Assembly: GCA_963718615.1 (NCBI GenBank) | Contig: OY970368.1 | Span: 2,208,001-2,272,000, forward strand | DNA: 64,000 nt | DNA from: an uncultured cyanobacterium | Lineage (GTDB): Bacteria; Cyanobacteriota; Cyanobacteriia; PCC-9006; JAAUQQ01 | Direction of reading: 5' to 3' | Part shown: in pieces, positions 22,237 to 35,991 of the stretch | Numbering within the stretch: the stretch's first letter is position 1 | Layout of the letters: each line of letters begins with the position of its first letter | The notes under the pieces: model-generated | The model's input: only the letters and a program-made list of their open reading frames with translations | The model's database searches: none | Told to the model about the DNA's origin: nothing | Translations under genes and position numbers: made by a program

Positions 22237-23181
22237 TTGAATTTTTTGTTAAAGCTTTTTGTCAGATCAGCACGATTCTCTTCCCTGAAACAGCGGTGGC
22301 AACGTTTAGGGTTGATCGTCTTGTGTCTTGGGAGCTTGGGGATGCAGGGATCAGCCCATGCCCTCCTGGTGCATGGCTCTGTTCCCCTCCTGCCCCCAAG
22401 GCTGGTTGCCCAAACGGTTCAGCTCCTTTCCCAGGGGCAATGGCTAGAGGTTCTCCAGGTGAGTGGTCAGGTGACCCTACAGGCAAGTCAGCCCCGTCCG
22501 GCCCAGGTGGGCGATCGCCTCGTCAAAGCTGGGGACACCCTCACCACCGGACCTCGCTCCTACAGCCTGCTGCAACTGGACAGCGGCATCGGCACCATCC
22601 AGGTGGCCGAAAATACGCTGCTGCAAGTCCGCAACCTCGAGAAACTGCGCAACGGGGCCAGGGTAACGACGCTCAATTTGAAACGGGGCCAGGTACGGCT
22701 GCGGATTCGCAAATTGAGCAATCCCGATAGCCGCTTTGAAATTCACAGCCCTACGGGGATTGCGGGGGTTCGGGGCACTGAATTTGGCGTGTTGCTCAAT
22801 CAAAGCCAGCGTATGGTTGTGGGGACTGAATCCGGCCTGGTGAATGCGAGTTCTAACGGCGAGAGTGTCGACCTTGGGCCTGAAACCGGCTCCGCAATTT
22901 TTCCGGCAGAGCCCCCCCTGCCGCCCTTGCCCTTGGACCGAGAATTGCGGTTTCAACTGGATGAAGTGGACTATCGTGAGAAACAGGTTTGGATTAGCGG
23001 TCAGGTAAATCCCCTCAACAGCGTTATTGCCAATGGTGTGGACCTCGATATTTCCAAAACGGGTACGTTTGAGCAGTTGATTCCCGCCCGACGGGGACAG
23101 GCGATCGCCATTGCCGTGCTCAATGCCCTCGGGGACGAGCGCCGGTATATCTTCCTGGGTTCAGAACGGTTGGTGCAGTAG
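22237..23181 (+). CDS. FecR-domain protein
   Basis: GDTLTTG, FEIHSPTGIAGVRGTEF. Confidence 0.85.
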   Translation: MNFLLKLFVRSARFSSLKQRWQRLGLIVLCLGSLGMQGSAHALLVHGSVPLLPPRLVAQTVQLLSQGQWLEVLQVSGQVTLQASQPRPAQVGDRLVKAGDTLTTGPRSYSLLQLDSGIGTIQVAENTLLQVRNLEKLRNGARVTTLNLKRGQVRLRIRKLSNPDSRFEIHSPTGIAGVRGTEFGVLLNQSQRMVVGTESGLVNASSNGESVDLGPETGSAIFPAEPPLPPLPLDRELRFQLDEVDYREKQVWISGQVNPLNSVIANGVDLDISKTGTFEQLIPARRGQAIAIAVLNALGDERRYIFLGSERLVQ

Positions 23182-23913
23182 GGTCAATCCCCCAGACAAT
23201 CCCCAGGCCAGAAATGCCGAGCCCAGCGGCACCGTGAGATTATCGATTCCTAGCCAGGAAAAGGCTTCCAGACCGGCAGCGGCGATCGCCACCCCCGCCG
23301 CCATCAACCCCGTCACGGCAACTGTTGCTCCAGTCAAAGGCATTTGTTGAGCCACTGCCATTAAAAGCAGGGGCAGGGCGATGGCAAAACTCACTCCGGC
23401 CATGGTCAGTGAGCCCTCCCAGCTTTTTTCGAGCCCGCCTAGCTGGTAGCGATGACGACCCCAATATTTGCCAATTAGCCCCGCCAGACCATCTCCCCAG
23501 GTCATGGTCAAAATACCCAGAACCGCAAACTGAGGGAGCGATCGCGGCCAAAACCAGGCCACCAATAGGCCAATGCTGACCGCATAGAAATAGGTCCCCA
23601 AACTTTTGCGACCAACGCTATTGATGCCGGGTAAAATCGGCACAAAATAGGACAGCAGCGTCACAAAACTAAAGACGATACTCGCGCCGACGCCCATCCA
23701 GGTGGGCAAATCTAGCCACCAGGCCAACAGGATCACATTGCCTGTCCCAATATGGACCGTTTTGCGAATCAGTTCCGGTTCTCGGCCCGGTTGCCGATGG
23801 AGTCCCCAGGCGATCGCCCCCACCAACATCAGCCAGAGTGCGGCGATCGCCGCGCGTACCCAAAGTGCAGCCAACCCACTCATCAACAAGATTGATTTGA
23901 TTCCACGAGACAA
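23161..23913 (-). CDS. Phytol/dolichol kinase family (CTP-dependent) membrane protein
   Basis: RKTVHIGTG, WGDGLA, KSWEGS, IDNLTVP. Confidence 0.88.
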   Translation of the reverse strand: MSRGIKSILLMSGLAALWVRAAIAALWLMLVGAIAWGLHRQPGREPELIRKTVHIGTGNVILLAWWLDLPTWMGVGASIVFSFVTLLSYFVPILPGINSVGRKSLGTYFYAVSIGLLVAWFWPRSLPQFAVLGILTMTWGDGLAGLIGKYWGRHRYQLGGLEKSWEGSLTMAGVSFAIALPLLLMAVAQQMPLTGATVAVTGLMAAGVAIAAAGLEAFSWLGIDNLTVPLGSAFLAWGLSGGLTLLHQPF

Positions 23914-23995
23914 CCTGGGATGATGGTATCCTATCGTCTGTCAGCGCGGGATTATGACGCTTCAAACCCCTAATCCCCCCCGAGCCTCGGAGTGA

Positions 23996-26954
<2,959 letters not shown>

Positions 26955-27303
26955 CCCACCAAGCCACGATGATTCATCAACGACCTCTATCTAGTAACTC
27001 ATGCTTCCGTGTGTCCCGTATAGAGATGAGGTTGGGAACCTTTTCTCTCGCGTTCATGTCTTGGGAGACAGTGTACTTCCGCACTTATTTCTAGATAGAT
27101 AGACAGTAGATGCTACAAGGTAGAGCTTCCCCTTTCCGCTCAGTAAAACAAAGCCAAAAGCCTGACTCAAAGACTTTTAACAACTTTCTCGCACCATAAC
27201 CTAAGACCTTCCGCAAGAAAGATATCTATGGTCGGACCTAATTTATTTATACCAATAAAAATACAGTGTCCTTGAAGAATCTAGAAGGGGATTCATCGTA
27301 GCT

Positions 27304-30300
27304 TCATAAAGGTGGGGTTATAGGTGAGGGTGTCGATAAAGGGGTTGCCAAGGGGTTGGCAGGCGATGGCGGGGTTGTGGTAGGGGTCGTGGCAGGGGTC
27401 GTGGCAGGGGGTGCAGCGGTGCGATTGACGATGCCCTGTTGCGAGGGCTGCTCCCCTTGAAAGAGGACTCGGAGGGCGGTTTGCAAGTTTTCCTCCATGA
27501 CAATTTGATTGCCATAGGCTACGATCACGCGAATCAGTGTCGGTAGGCTATTGCGCTCGGCTTCCAGATAGAGCGGTTCGACGTACAACAGAGATTGTTC
27601 AATGGGAATGACCAGCAAATTGCCTTGGATGACGCGAGATCCTTCTCGATCCCAAAGAGAAATGAGCTGTGAAATTCGAGGTTCTTGGTTGATCCGGGCT
27701 TCGATTTGTTCAGGCCCAAAAATGAGCCGCTGTTTGGGGAATTGGTAGAGCAACAGCTTGCCGTAGTTGTCACCATCGGAGCGACCTGCCAGCCAGGCAA
27801 TTAAATTATTACGTCGGACAGGGGTAAAGGGATGGAGAAGAACAAATTCCTCCTGCTCAGCCGTGGGCAGCCGCATGATCAGATAGTAGGGTTCGATGGG
27901 GCGAGGCTCATTGCCGTAGATTTCGGAGGGTACCTGCCATTGATCTTCACGGTTATAAAAGACTTTTGGATCCGTCATATGATAGGTCAAAAGCCGTTCT
28001 GACTGGATGTCAAAGAGGTCAATGGGATAGCGAATATGGCTGCGTAAGGGGGCGGGTAAATCATCCAGGGCATGAAATAAATCGGGGAAAATTCGGCTCC
28101 AGGTTTGAATGATCGGATCCTTAGGATCGGTGATGTAAAAGTAGGTTGAGCCGTTGTAGGCATCAATGACAACTTTGACGGAGTTGCGAATGTAGTTGAA
28201 GGGCTGCTGGCCAGGGTCGGAGTAGGGATAGCGATCGCTCGTCGTATAGGCATCAACTACCCAATAGAGATAGTTGGTGGTTGAACTCGAATTGGCCGTT
28301 TCAACGAGCTGGCCGTTTTGGACCACGAGAGGTTTTGTGGCGGTGACCAAGTAGGGATCGGCATCGAAGCGGAGGAAGGGGGCGATCGCCTGAATCCGAG
28401 ATTGAATATTGCGCCGGAATAGTAGCTTGGTGTTGGGGGTAAAGTTCCGGGTCAGCCACATCTGCCAGTCGTGCAAATACATGCCAAACATCCAGCGCCG
28501 CCAAAGTGAGCCAATGGCAATGCCACCCTGACCGTCGTAGACCGTTTCAATATTGTCGTTACCGCTTGGATAATCCAGTTCGCGGGTGCGGGTCGAAGTC
28601 ATGATATAGGTGTTGGTTAGGCCACCGTAGTAGATACGGGGAGCATTCACCGGCAGACTTGCACGCACATCTCCATTGGTTAGCCCTAATTCTGCATTGC
28701 CTTGGACCGTGATATTGGTACCAATATCTTTGACAAAATAGGTCGGTAAGCCGCCTTCACCAGCGGTGTTGACTGGACTGAGCGTAAACCCGTAGCCATG
28801 GGTATAGACGAGATGCTGATTGACCCAGGTTTGGGCTTCCTCCGGGACCGCTCCAAAGTCCAGTTCACGAGCCGCAATGATCACCTGCTGATTGCTGGAA
28901 GTGGGGTTTCCGGGATCGAGGTGATAGCGATCGATATCGGCATCGGGAAAACTGTAATAGAGACGAATTTGCTGAAGCTGCCGGTTGGTTTGGAGGAGCG
29001 GTCGCGTATCCCAAAGCCTTATATTATCGAGGGTGGCTTGGTTGGTGAGGAGATCGGCGGCGGTTAGGGTGCCGATGGGATCGAAATTTTGAACTTCGAT
29101 ATTGCTCAGATCAAATGCCGCGCGGGTTGCATCAATGCCGCGTGTAATATAGCGTTGCTCCCGTACAAATTCATTGGGCAAGACGAGGAGTTCTTGGATG
29201 GCAGTGGGTAGAACATTGCCAATAAAAATGACTAAGACAATATAACCAATCCACAGATCTAAAAAGGGATGCAAAATAAAAAACTGAAGGGGATTGGCTT
29301 TGCGGTGGCGTTGGAGTCTCAGTTTTTTTTGTGGGGTATGTAAACTCCAGCCTGCTGCGCGATAGAGTAAGATTATGGCAATCAGCAAGGCGATCACTGT
29401 CAGCGCCACATCGACGGGTAATTGAATATTAACATCGGTATAACTTGCACCAAAGGTTGCGCCTCGCTGGGAATACAAACGCCCATAACGCGAAAGCCAA
29501 TGACTCAGGGCAATGGTCAACATTAAGCCGCCCCCGAGGCCATACAAATGGTGTTGCTGATTAGAAGAAAAACCGCGAAAGAGCCCTCGACTGAGGCTGC
29601 CAGTTCCGCAAAGATAAACAACGGTAATGGCAATGAGCAAAAACAGTAAAATGCTCACGAGCCAAAACCGCAGCAATTCCCAGGCGGGTAAAACAAAAAT
29701 ATAAAAACTAATATCTCGATGGAATTGCGGGTCTTGAACCCCAAATCGGGTGGGGTTTAGGAGCGGCAAGAGATGGGTCCAATGGCTAGCGAGAATAAAG
29801 CTAAGGCTTAGACATAGTAAGGTGCCGGAGGTAATCAGCGTACTCCAGGGGGCAATGACAATGGAGAGGGCGATCGCTCCCACCGGTATCCATTTCCAAG
29901 GCAAGGCCGACAGCTCGTAGACATCTTCCCAGAGGCTGCCGAGATTAAACTGTACGGGCAAGTCTGGGGCCTCCATCAGCAGTTGTGAGCCCATTCCCCA
30001 GATTCTCACCAGCTCGCAACCATAGTGATAGAGCAGCATCGACAACAGTAGCCCCAGAGTACCCAGAGTCAGCAGCAGTAGCCTTAGCCCCATGGCAACT
30101 CGAATTTTGCCGTCTGCCGTTGCCGGAAATGGCCCCGTGGACCTTTGCCAGCGCCAGCGGGGTCGGTGGATGGCCAGCCCGGAGCCTGGTGTTAAGCCAT
30201 CTAGGGGGGGATCATCGTTGCGTAGCTTCCAGGCCAAACGCAAATTCCAGGCCACAAAACCGCCCGACAGCCCGATGGTCAGCAGCCAAACCCAGAAGCG

Positions 30301-30516
30301 TGTCTGCATCCGCAGCCAAAATACCTGACTGTAGCCGAGCTCCTGGAACCAAATCGTTTCCGCTAGGAGCCAAGAGCCGAAGTCGAGGAAAAAGAGCAGG
30401 GCGATCGCCCCCAAACCGATCCAAGACCAGCGCTGCCGCAGGAGCTTGGCCCAGGGCAACTCTGGCGTGGGCGGTGTGGGAACGGAGCTAGGTTGAGAAA
30501 ACCGACGTTGCACCAT
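27304..30516 (-). CDS. UPF0182 family membrane protein
   Basis: NIRLWD, YTHGYG, PRIYYG, FNYIRNSVK, YVEPLYL. Confidence 0.93.
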   Translation of the reverse strand: MVQRRFSQPSSVPTPPTPELPWAKLLRQRWSWIGLGAIALLFFLDFGSWLLAETIWFQELGYSQVFWLRMQTRFWVWLLTIGLSGGFVAWNLRLAWKLRNDDPPLDGLTPGSGLAIHRPRWRWQRSTGPFPATADGKIRVAMGLRLLLLTLGTLGLLLSMLLYHYGCELVRIWGMGSQLLMEAPDLPVQFNLGSLWEDVYELSALPWKWIPVGAIALSIVIAPWSTLITSGTLLCLSLSFILASHWTHLLPLLNPTRFGVQDPQFHRDISFYIFVLPAWELLRFWLVSILLFLLIAITVVYLCGTGSLSRGLFRGFSSNQQHHLYGLGGGLMLTIALSHWLSRYGRLYSQRGATFGASYTDVNIQLPVDVALTVIALLIAIILLYRAAGWSLHTPQKKLRLQRHRKANPLQFFILHPFLDLWIGYIVLVIFIGNVLPTAIQELLVLPNEFVREQRYITRGIDATRAAFDLSNIEVQNFDPIGTLTAADLLTNQATLDNIRLWDTRPLLQTNRQLQQIRLYYSFPDADIDRYHLDPGNPTSSNQQVIIAARELDFGAVPEEAQTWVNQHLVYTHGYGFTLSPVNTAGEGGLPTYFVKDIGTNITVQGNAELGLTNGDVRASLPVNAPRIYYGGLTNTYIMTSTRTRELDYPSGNDNIETVYDGQGGIAIGSLWRRWMFGMYLHDWQMWLTRNFTPNTKLLFRRNIQSRIQAIAPFLRFDADPYLVTATKPLVVQNGQLVETANSSSTTNYLYWVVDAYTTSDRYPYSDPGQQPFNYIRNSVKVVIDAYNGSTYFYITDPKDPIIQTWSRIFPDLFHALDDLPAPLRSHIRYPIDLFDIQSERLLTYHMTDPKVFYNREDQWQVPSEIYGNEPRPIEPYYLIMRLPTAEQEEFVLLHPFTPVRRNNLIAWLAGRSDGDNYGKLLLYQFPKQRLIFGPEQIEARINQEPRISQLISLWDREGSRVIQGNLLVIPIEQSLLYVEPLYLEAERNSLPTLIRVIVAYGNQIVMEENLQTALRVLFQGEQPSQQGIVNRTAAPPATTPATTPTTTPPSPANPLATPLSTPSPITPPL

Positions 30517-30584
30517 GAACCTTGGGAAATAAACAGGGACTTGAGTTTCCCCATTATGGCGCTGGAGTGCCGGGTTGAAGACGC

Positions 30585-30627
30585 GATTGACTACTCCCCC
30601 CGGTTGAAACCGGGGGAGTAGTCAATC
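30585..30627. repeat. Near-perfect 20-bp palindrome resembling IS200/IS605 end hairpins
   Basis: GATTGACTACTCCCCCCGGTT-GA-AACCGGGGGAGTAGTCAATC, one bulged C. Confidence 0.7.
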
Positions 30628-30933
30628 AACAAACGCGGATGATTCGCCGGAGCAGTGGACTACCCAGTACTGAAGATTGTCGGTCAAGGAAAGTTCACAA
30701 AGATAGAGGACAAAGAAGACAAACCGAGCCAGGGAAAACCCCCAGGGGAAACTCAAGGTTATGTCCGAGACAGTCTAGGGTCAGCGGGGTGTGGTAGCGT
30801 CAGAGCGAGATAAATTTGCGATCGCCCCCTCAGCGATCATCAGCGATCAGCGCCCCCACCCATGGCTATAAACGCCTTTCGTCTGTTCCTCAAACATCTT
30901 GGTCTGGCACCGGATTTGCCACCGCAGAACTGT

Positions 30934-33192
30934 ATGTATCGGTTTCAGATTACCGCAGCGACAAAACCTGGAGAAACCATTGTTTTGGTGGGCTCCTGTC
31001 CGGAATTGGGGTCTTGGGACATTGCCAACGGGGTTCCGCTTCGGACGGGGGGCGATCGCTATCCCCTCTGGTGGGTTGATGTAGCCTTTAATGGTGATGT
31101 CTATAACAGCGATGTCTATAACGGCGAGAGAACCGAGCCCCAAAGGATTGAATACAAGTATGTTCGACTGGGTCAAGATGGCCAAGCGGCCTGGGAAGGC
31201 TGGGGCCATAATCGCTGGATTCCCCTTGAACCAGAGCTACCGGCTGGCTGCGTGATCGTTGAAGATGGGCTATTTGGCAACATTCATCCCCATCCCTACG
31301 GATATTTTGCAGACCCCATTCCCCAGGCGCTGTCTCCGAAGGGAGCGGAAGGACTCAAGGTGGTGGTGATTGGTAGTTCCGTGGCGCTGGGCTGTAGCGC
31401 TTGGTTGTTGCGGGGCTGGTCCTGGCGGTTATCCCAGGCGTTGCGCGATCGCTATGGCCATCAACTGGTGAATCGGTCCGAAATTGGAGCCAATGTCAGT
31501 GGGACCATCGCCCGCTTTTCCCAGGTGGTTACACCGGAACAGCCCGACATTGTGATTATTGCGCTGTCCTTGGGCAACGAGGGGTTTGCCTCCAGCTCTT
31601 CGCAGCAGCGACGGGCAATTCAGCGACATTTCGAAAATGGCCTTCAACAGCTAATCAAAATGACCCGTGAACTGGGGGCGCGACCGATTTTAGGGGGGTT
31701 GTATCCCAATGGTGGCTATACCGCTGAGCATTGTGACTGGCTGCGGGAAACCCACGATCGCATGGCAACCTGGGGCGTACCGCTGTTGGATTGGTGGGCC
31801 GTTTTGGCCGATGGGTCAGGGCGTTGGCAGCCCGGTTTGGCCTTTGACCCAGCCCATCCCAATACCCGAGGCCATCAGCTCATGTATGAGGCAATCGACC
31901 TCAACCTGTTTCAACCCATTCCCAAGGACCTCAATCCCCCGCAAACGCTGGATGTTGCAGGGAGGGTCACCCTGTTTCAAGACCCGGATGGGTTTGAGAT
32001 CGGGGCTTGTAAAGCGGAAAACAGTTTCCGCATCCTCAATACCAGCCCCCATACCTACCAAATTACCCCCAATTGGTTAACCCTACAAGCGGCCTTGCAA
32101 ACCGCTGCTTTTCCTGCCGGGGTGTATATGGCGGAAGCAGAGGCCACGGGGCAGTTGTTCTCGTTGTTTATTCAAGATGAGGGCCAAATTGCAACGACGC
32201 TGAGTTTGCCTCCAGCGACGGATCTGACCTTTTATCCCGCCTTCCATTTCTTCGCCTCCCAACGATTCCAGGTGCTCTTTTTCGATGGGCCGTTAAAAAT
32301 CCTCAGGAGGGGCGATCGCCGTCTCTATCTCATCAACAAATCAGACCACGAATACAATTTGCATCCCATGTGGTCAGCGCTGCGCGCCGCGTTCAAAGCC
32401 ATGCCCACGGGACTCTACGAGGATCCCCACCATCCTGAGATTCCCTTTCGGTCGCTGATGGTGGGCCGTGAGGGTTTGGAGAGTCGGGTCAAGGTTCCGG
32501 CCCAATCGGCGATCGCCCTGGAATACCGATGCCCGTTATCCGAGGTCAACCGGGTGGCGATTTTACCCTTGGGCGATCGCTGTGCGGTTCGAATGTTGTT
32601 GTATAAGCTAGAGTACGATGGACCGGCGTTTCCCTTTGACCTAACACGAACGACGAATTTAGCCGATGTGGCGGATCTCATCCAAAACGATTTCCGCGAC
32701 ATGTGGAATCCTGCTTTTTTGAGTTACAACGCCGAGGAAAAACGCATTTATCACACCCAATGGACGGGATTGTCCTTTGCCCACGAAGTTGAAGACTACG
32801 AGGATCCCGTGCAGGATATGTCACCGATCCACGAGCGCATGCAGGTCCGCTACAGTGCCCGTGCAAAACGCTTTAGCTATACCCTGGAACACTGTGACAA
32901 GGTGTTGTTTGTGCGCACGGGGGGATGCGATCGCGCCACGGTCATCGACCTGGTCGAAAAACTCAAATCTAAATGCCAAGATAAACCCTTTCGGCTGCTG
33001 CTGATCTCGCCCCAAAACTCCGACGAATTCGCAGGTTTGCCCAACGTGCTCCACCAAAATTTGGCGTTCAACCCCGATCGCATGTACGAAGATCTCGGCT
33101 ATTGGCAGCACTGCACGGAACGCATGGGCGAGATTCTCAAGAATTTAGGCATCTCCAGCAAAAATCTCTTCTGGTGCCCCCCGAATCCCTAG
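30934..33192 (+). CDS. CBM20 + SGNH/GDSL hydrolase + DUF1796-like (papain-like) multidomain protein
   Basis: GETIVLVGSCPELGSWD and IEYKYV (CBM20); GSSVALG and DPAHPN (SGNH); PLGDRC...FPFD (DUF1796-like). Confidence 0.8.
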   Translation: MYRFQITAATKPGETIVLVGSCPELGSWDIANGVPLRTGGDRYPLWWVDVAFNGDVYNSDVYNGERTEPQRIEYKYVRLGQDGQAAWEGWGHNRWIPLEPELPAGCVIVEDGLFGNIHPHPYGYFADPIPQALSPKGAEGLKVVVIGSSVALGCSAWLLRGWSWRLSQALRDRYGHQLVNRSEIGANVSGTIARFSQVVTPEQPDIVIIALSLGNEGFASSSSQQRRAIQRHFENGLQQLIKMTRELGARPILGGLYPNGGYTAEHCDWLRETHDRMATWGVPLLDWWAVLADGSGRWQPGLAFDPAHPNTRGHQLMYEAIDLNLFQPIPKDLNPPQTLDVAGRVTLFQDPDGFEIGACKAENSFRILNTSPHTYQITPNWLTLQAALQTAAFPAGVYMAEAEATGQLFSLFIQDEGQIATTLSLPPATDLTFYPAFHFFASQRFQVLFFDGPLKILRRGDRRLYLINKSDHEYNLHPMWSALRAAFKAMPTGLYEDPHHPEIPFRSLMVGREGLESRVKVPAQSAIALEYRCPLSEVNRVAILPLGDRCAVRMLLYKLEYDGPAFPFDLTRTTNLADVADLIQNDFRDMWNPAFLSYNAEEKRIYHTQWTGLSFAHEVEDYEDPVQDMSPIHERMQVRYSARAKRFSYTLEHCDKVLFVRTGGCDRATVIDLVEKLKSKCQDKPFRLLLISPQNSDEFAGLPNVLHQNLAFNPDRMYEDLGYWQHCTERMGEILKNLGISSKNLFWCPPNP

Positions 33193-33425
33193 GCCGAGGC
33201 ATCCTAAGACAGAGATCGATGCGCTCCATTTGCCGATGCTGATCATTGCGACATTGAAATAATCGCGACCCTGAGATTTTGGGGCGATCGCTGCTTTCCG
33301 TTTGAGCTTTGGAGATTCAACGGAGGCGGACAGAGGCGATCGCTTACGTTTCTTGAATTGTTTCTGTATCGTTCTAAGTAATTCCCGTTTTGTCTCGGTC
33401 ATCAATATTCAGTCATCTATCGCCC

Positions 33426-34679
33426 ATGCATCCTCGCCACACCCTTCAGGATCAGTTCTCGACCTTTGCCTGGTTTGAGAATGATACCTTCCGCTCTTGG
33501 AAAGGGGAGCCTCGACTTCGTAAAAGCATGGCACAGGTGCTGGCAACAGTTCCCCAATATGCCGCTGCTACCCCGGAAAATGAGCGGTTTTGGGCCTTGT
33601 CCTGGCATCGCCAATGGCGCGATCGCGCCCATCCTTGGGCCGAACAACATCTGCTCGCCTATTTGCAAGAACCTTGCTACTGGGCAGCCCAGGAGGTCAG
33701 CCGCAAACGCTCTGGCCAGTTTGGAGCCCCCTCGACAAGCCCGGTTTCGGATTATTTTCAGATGGCGATCGCCGAAGCCAAACCCGCCCTCGATAAATTT
33801 CAAGCGGATCAATCCAGCAATCTCAAGGCCTTTGCCCAGGTTTTTCTCAGCTATCGCCTCAAGGCAGCCCTGCGCCGTAGACGCGAAGCCGACTTTTGCA
33901 CCCCCTGGGGGCTGCTGCGCAAAACCAGCAAAAAGCTTGTCCTCGAAGCCCTGCGACAAGCGGGACTGAAGCCCCCTGAGGTTGAGGAATATCGATTGCT
34001 GTGGATGGGATTTCAAGCCCTCTACATCCAGACCCAACCGAACAACACCGCCAAGCTGCCCGAGCCTGATTTAGCCCTTTGGGAGGCGATCGCCCAATTT
34101 TACAATCAAAAACGCACCGGTCAGCTCAGCCATGGAGCGCCTAGTCTCACTGCCGCTCAAGTCCAAGCCCGGTTGCAGCAGTTGGCCCAGTGGGCTCGGC
34201 AATATATTTATCCGACCGTTCAATCCCTCAATACCCCACAATTTGGTGATGACGATGCAGGGGAAGAACGGCTGAACAATCTCTCTCAGGCCGAACAGCG
34301 GTCCTTGATGGATGATTTGATTGAACAAGATCTTCAGGCCCAGCGCGATCGCCAATCCCACACCCTCCAACAACTATTGCTCGATGCCTTTCGTCAGCTA
34401 GATCGCCAAACCCAAACGGTCCTTTGTTTGCTCTACCATCACGGTCTTTCCCAGCAGGCGGTGCGGGATCAGCTTAAGATTAGCCAGCCCACGGTTTGTC
34501 GACGATTGAAGGCAGGCCGACAGGCGTTGATCCAGGCCATTTTAAACTGGATGGACGATCGCCTGAATAAAACCCCTGATCCTGAGCAATTAAACAGCAT
34601 CACCATCCATTTAGAAGTCTGGTTGAAGGTTTCCCTGCCCGAGCTAAACCTCTGCGAGCAATCGGAACCGCCCTCCTAG
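33426..34679 (+). CDS. Cyanobacterial group 3/4 sigma-70-like factor
   Basis: HLLAYLQEPCYWAA, C-terminal region-4 HTH LSQQAVRDQLKISQPTVCRRL. Confidence 0.8.
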   Translation: MHPRHTLQDQFSTFAWFENDTFRSWKGEPRLRKSMAQVLATVPQYAAATPENERFWALSWHRQWRDRAHPWAEQHLLAYLQEPCYWAAQEVSRKRSGQFGAPSTSPVSDYFQMAIAEAKPALDKFQADQSSNLKAFAQVFLSYRLKAALRRRREADFCTPWGLLRKTSKKLVLEALRQAGLKPPEVEEYRLLWMGFQALYIQTQPNNTAKLPEPDLALWEAIAQFYNQKRTGQLSHGAPSLTAAQVQARLQQLAQWARQYIYPTVQSLNTPQFGDDDAGEERLNNLSQAEQRSLMDDLIEQDLQAQRDRQSHTLQQLLLDAFRQLDRQTQTVLCLLYHHGLSQQAVRDQLKISQPTVCRRLKAGRQALIQAILNWMDDRLNKTPDPEQLNSITIHLEVWLKVSLPELNLCEQSEPPS

Positions 34680-34700
34680 CCCCTGTTTCCGACCCATTAC

Positions 34701-34747
34701 CTGTTCTTTCTTCCCTGTTCTTTCTTCCCTGTTCCCTGTTCCCTATT
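34701..34747. repeat. Short tandem repeats
   Basis: CTGTTCTTTCTTCC x2 then CTGTTCC x2. Confidence 0.6.
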
Positions 34748-34761
34748 TGAAATTTTAGGCG

Positions 34762-35991
34762 TTGAGCACAATGTCAACTTTATTTCTGGATACCATTACA
34801 GATGCCTGGACCCTGCCACTGACAGAGACCGATCGCCAGCAGGCTTGGCAAGCCAGTCAGTCCCAGGGCAACCCTGAGCGGCGTTGGGTAACCTATCTCA
34901 ACCGCCTAACCCTGAATGCGTTTCAACAGGTTTGTCCTTCAGCCCTAAACCAGCCCTGTGCGCCTTGGCCCAGTCTGGCGGCGTTACCGGCCATTTGGGA
35001 ATTTACAACGGGGATGGCGATCGCCCTAGGTGAACATCGCCTGGTCCTGATTCCGACGGAAACTGTGGATGCTAGCGAGTTCAGCGTTCCGCAGGAATGG
35101 GTCGACATTCCCGATTGGGCTGCGGACTATTATGTTTCGGTGCAGCTCACGCCGAATGAATCAGAGTTGCGGATTTTGGGTTGTACCTCCCATCAGTGGC
35201 TCAAAACCTCAGCCGATTACGATGCCTTTGACCGCACCTATACCTGTGAGACAGAGGATCTCATGGCTTGGGAAAGTTTTGCCTTGACCTATGGCCGCTA
35301 TGCAGCGGCTCAAACCCGAGGGCCAGTGGCCGCCATCGCCCCGCTGGATGCAACCCAGGCTCAAAACCTGATCCAGCGCCTAGGCAATCCCCAAGAATTG
35401 CTGCCCCGTTTGGAAATTCCCTTTGCCCAGTGGGGGGCATTGTTGGCCAATCCGGTGTGGCGAGAACAATTGTTTGCGGTCCATCGGGGTCAATCGGCGG
35501 TAGATGTCCTTGCCCCGATTACGCAGCTCTCTCTCTGGCTGCAATCGCAATTTGACAGTCTCTGGCAACCCCTCGATAGCGTTCCCCGGTTACAGGCGAT
35601 TCCCACGCGCAGTCGTCGCGCCCCGGCCACTCAGATCGATGGCGAGGTGGCGGGAAATGGAGCAGAAAATGGGGCGATCGCCCCCATGGTGCATCGCGTT
35701 AAGCCCGTGACCTTCAACGAATCGGTCCGTCTTTGGTTGGTGCTGGGTGTTGCGCCGTTGCAGGATGGCGATCGCCGCATTTTCTTAAGCCTCGAACCCG
35801 CTGAGGCTGAACAAGCCCTGCCGGGATCTGTACAACTGCGTCTGCTGAGTGATGCGGAAGAGGAAATTGGACAGGCCAGCGCGGCAACGACGGAAGTGAT
35901 TGAAATGCAGTTTCGGGCGAGCCCTGGGGAGCAGTTTTTTGTGGAAATTAGCAGCGAAGCCACTCGGCTACTGGAGCATTTTGAGGTTTGA
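34762..35991 (+). CDS. DUF1822 family protein
   Basis: RLVLIPTE, VPQEWVDIPDWAADYY, PRLEIPFAQWGALL. Confidence 0.88.
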   Translation: MSTMSTLFLDTITDAWTLPLTETDRQQAWQASQSQGNPERRWVTYLNRLTLNAFQQVCPSALNQPCAPWPSLAALPAIWEFTTGMAIALGEHRLVLIPTETVDASEFSVPQEWVDIPDWAADYYVSVQLTPNESELRILGCTSHQWLKTSADYDAFDRTYTCETEDLMAWESFALTYGRYAAAQTRGPVAAIAPLDATQAQNLIQRLGNPQELLPRLEIPFAQWGALLANPVWREQLFAVHRGQSAVDVLAPITQLSLWLQSQFDSLWQPLDSVPRLQAIPTRSRRAPATQIDGEVAGNGAENGAIAPMVHRVKPVTFNESVRLWLVLGVAPLQDGDRRIFLSLEPAEAEQALPGSVQLRLLSDAEEEIGQASAATTEVIEMQFRASPGEQFFVEISSEATRLLEHFEV

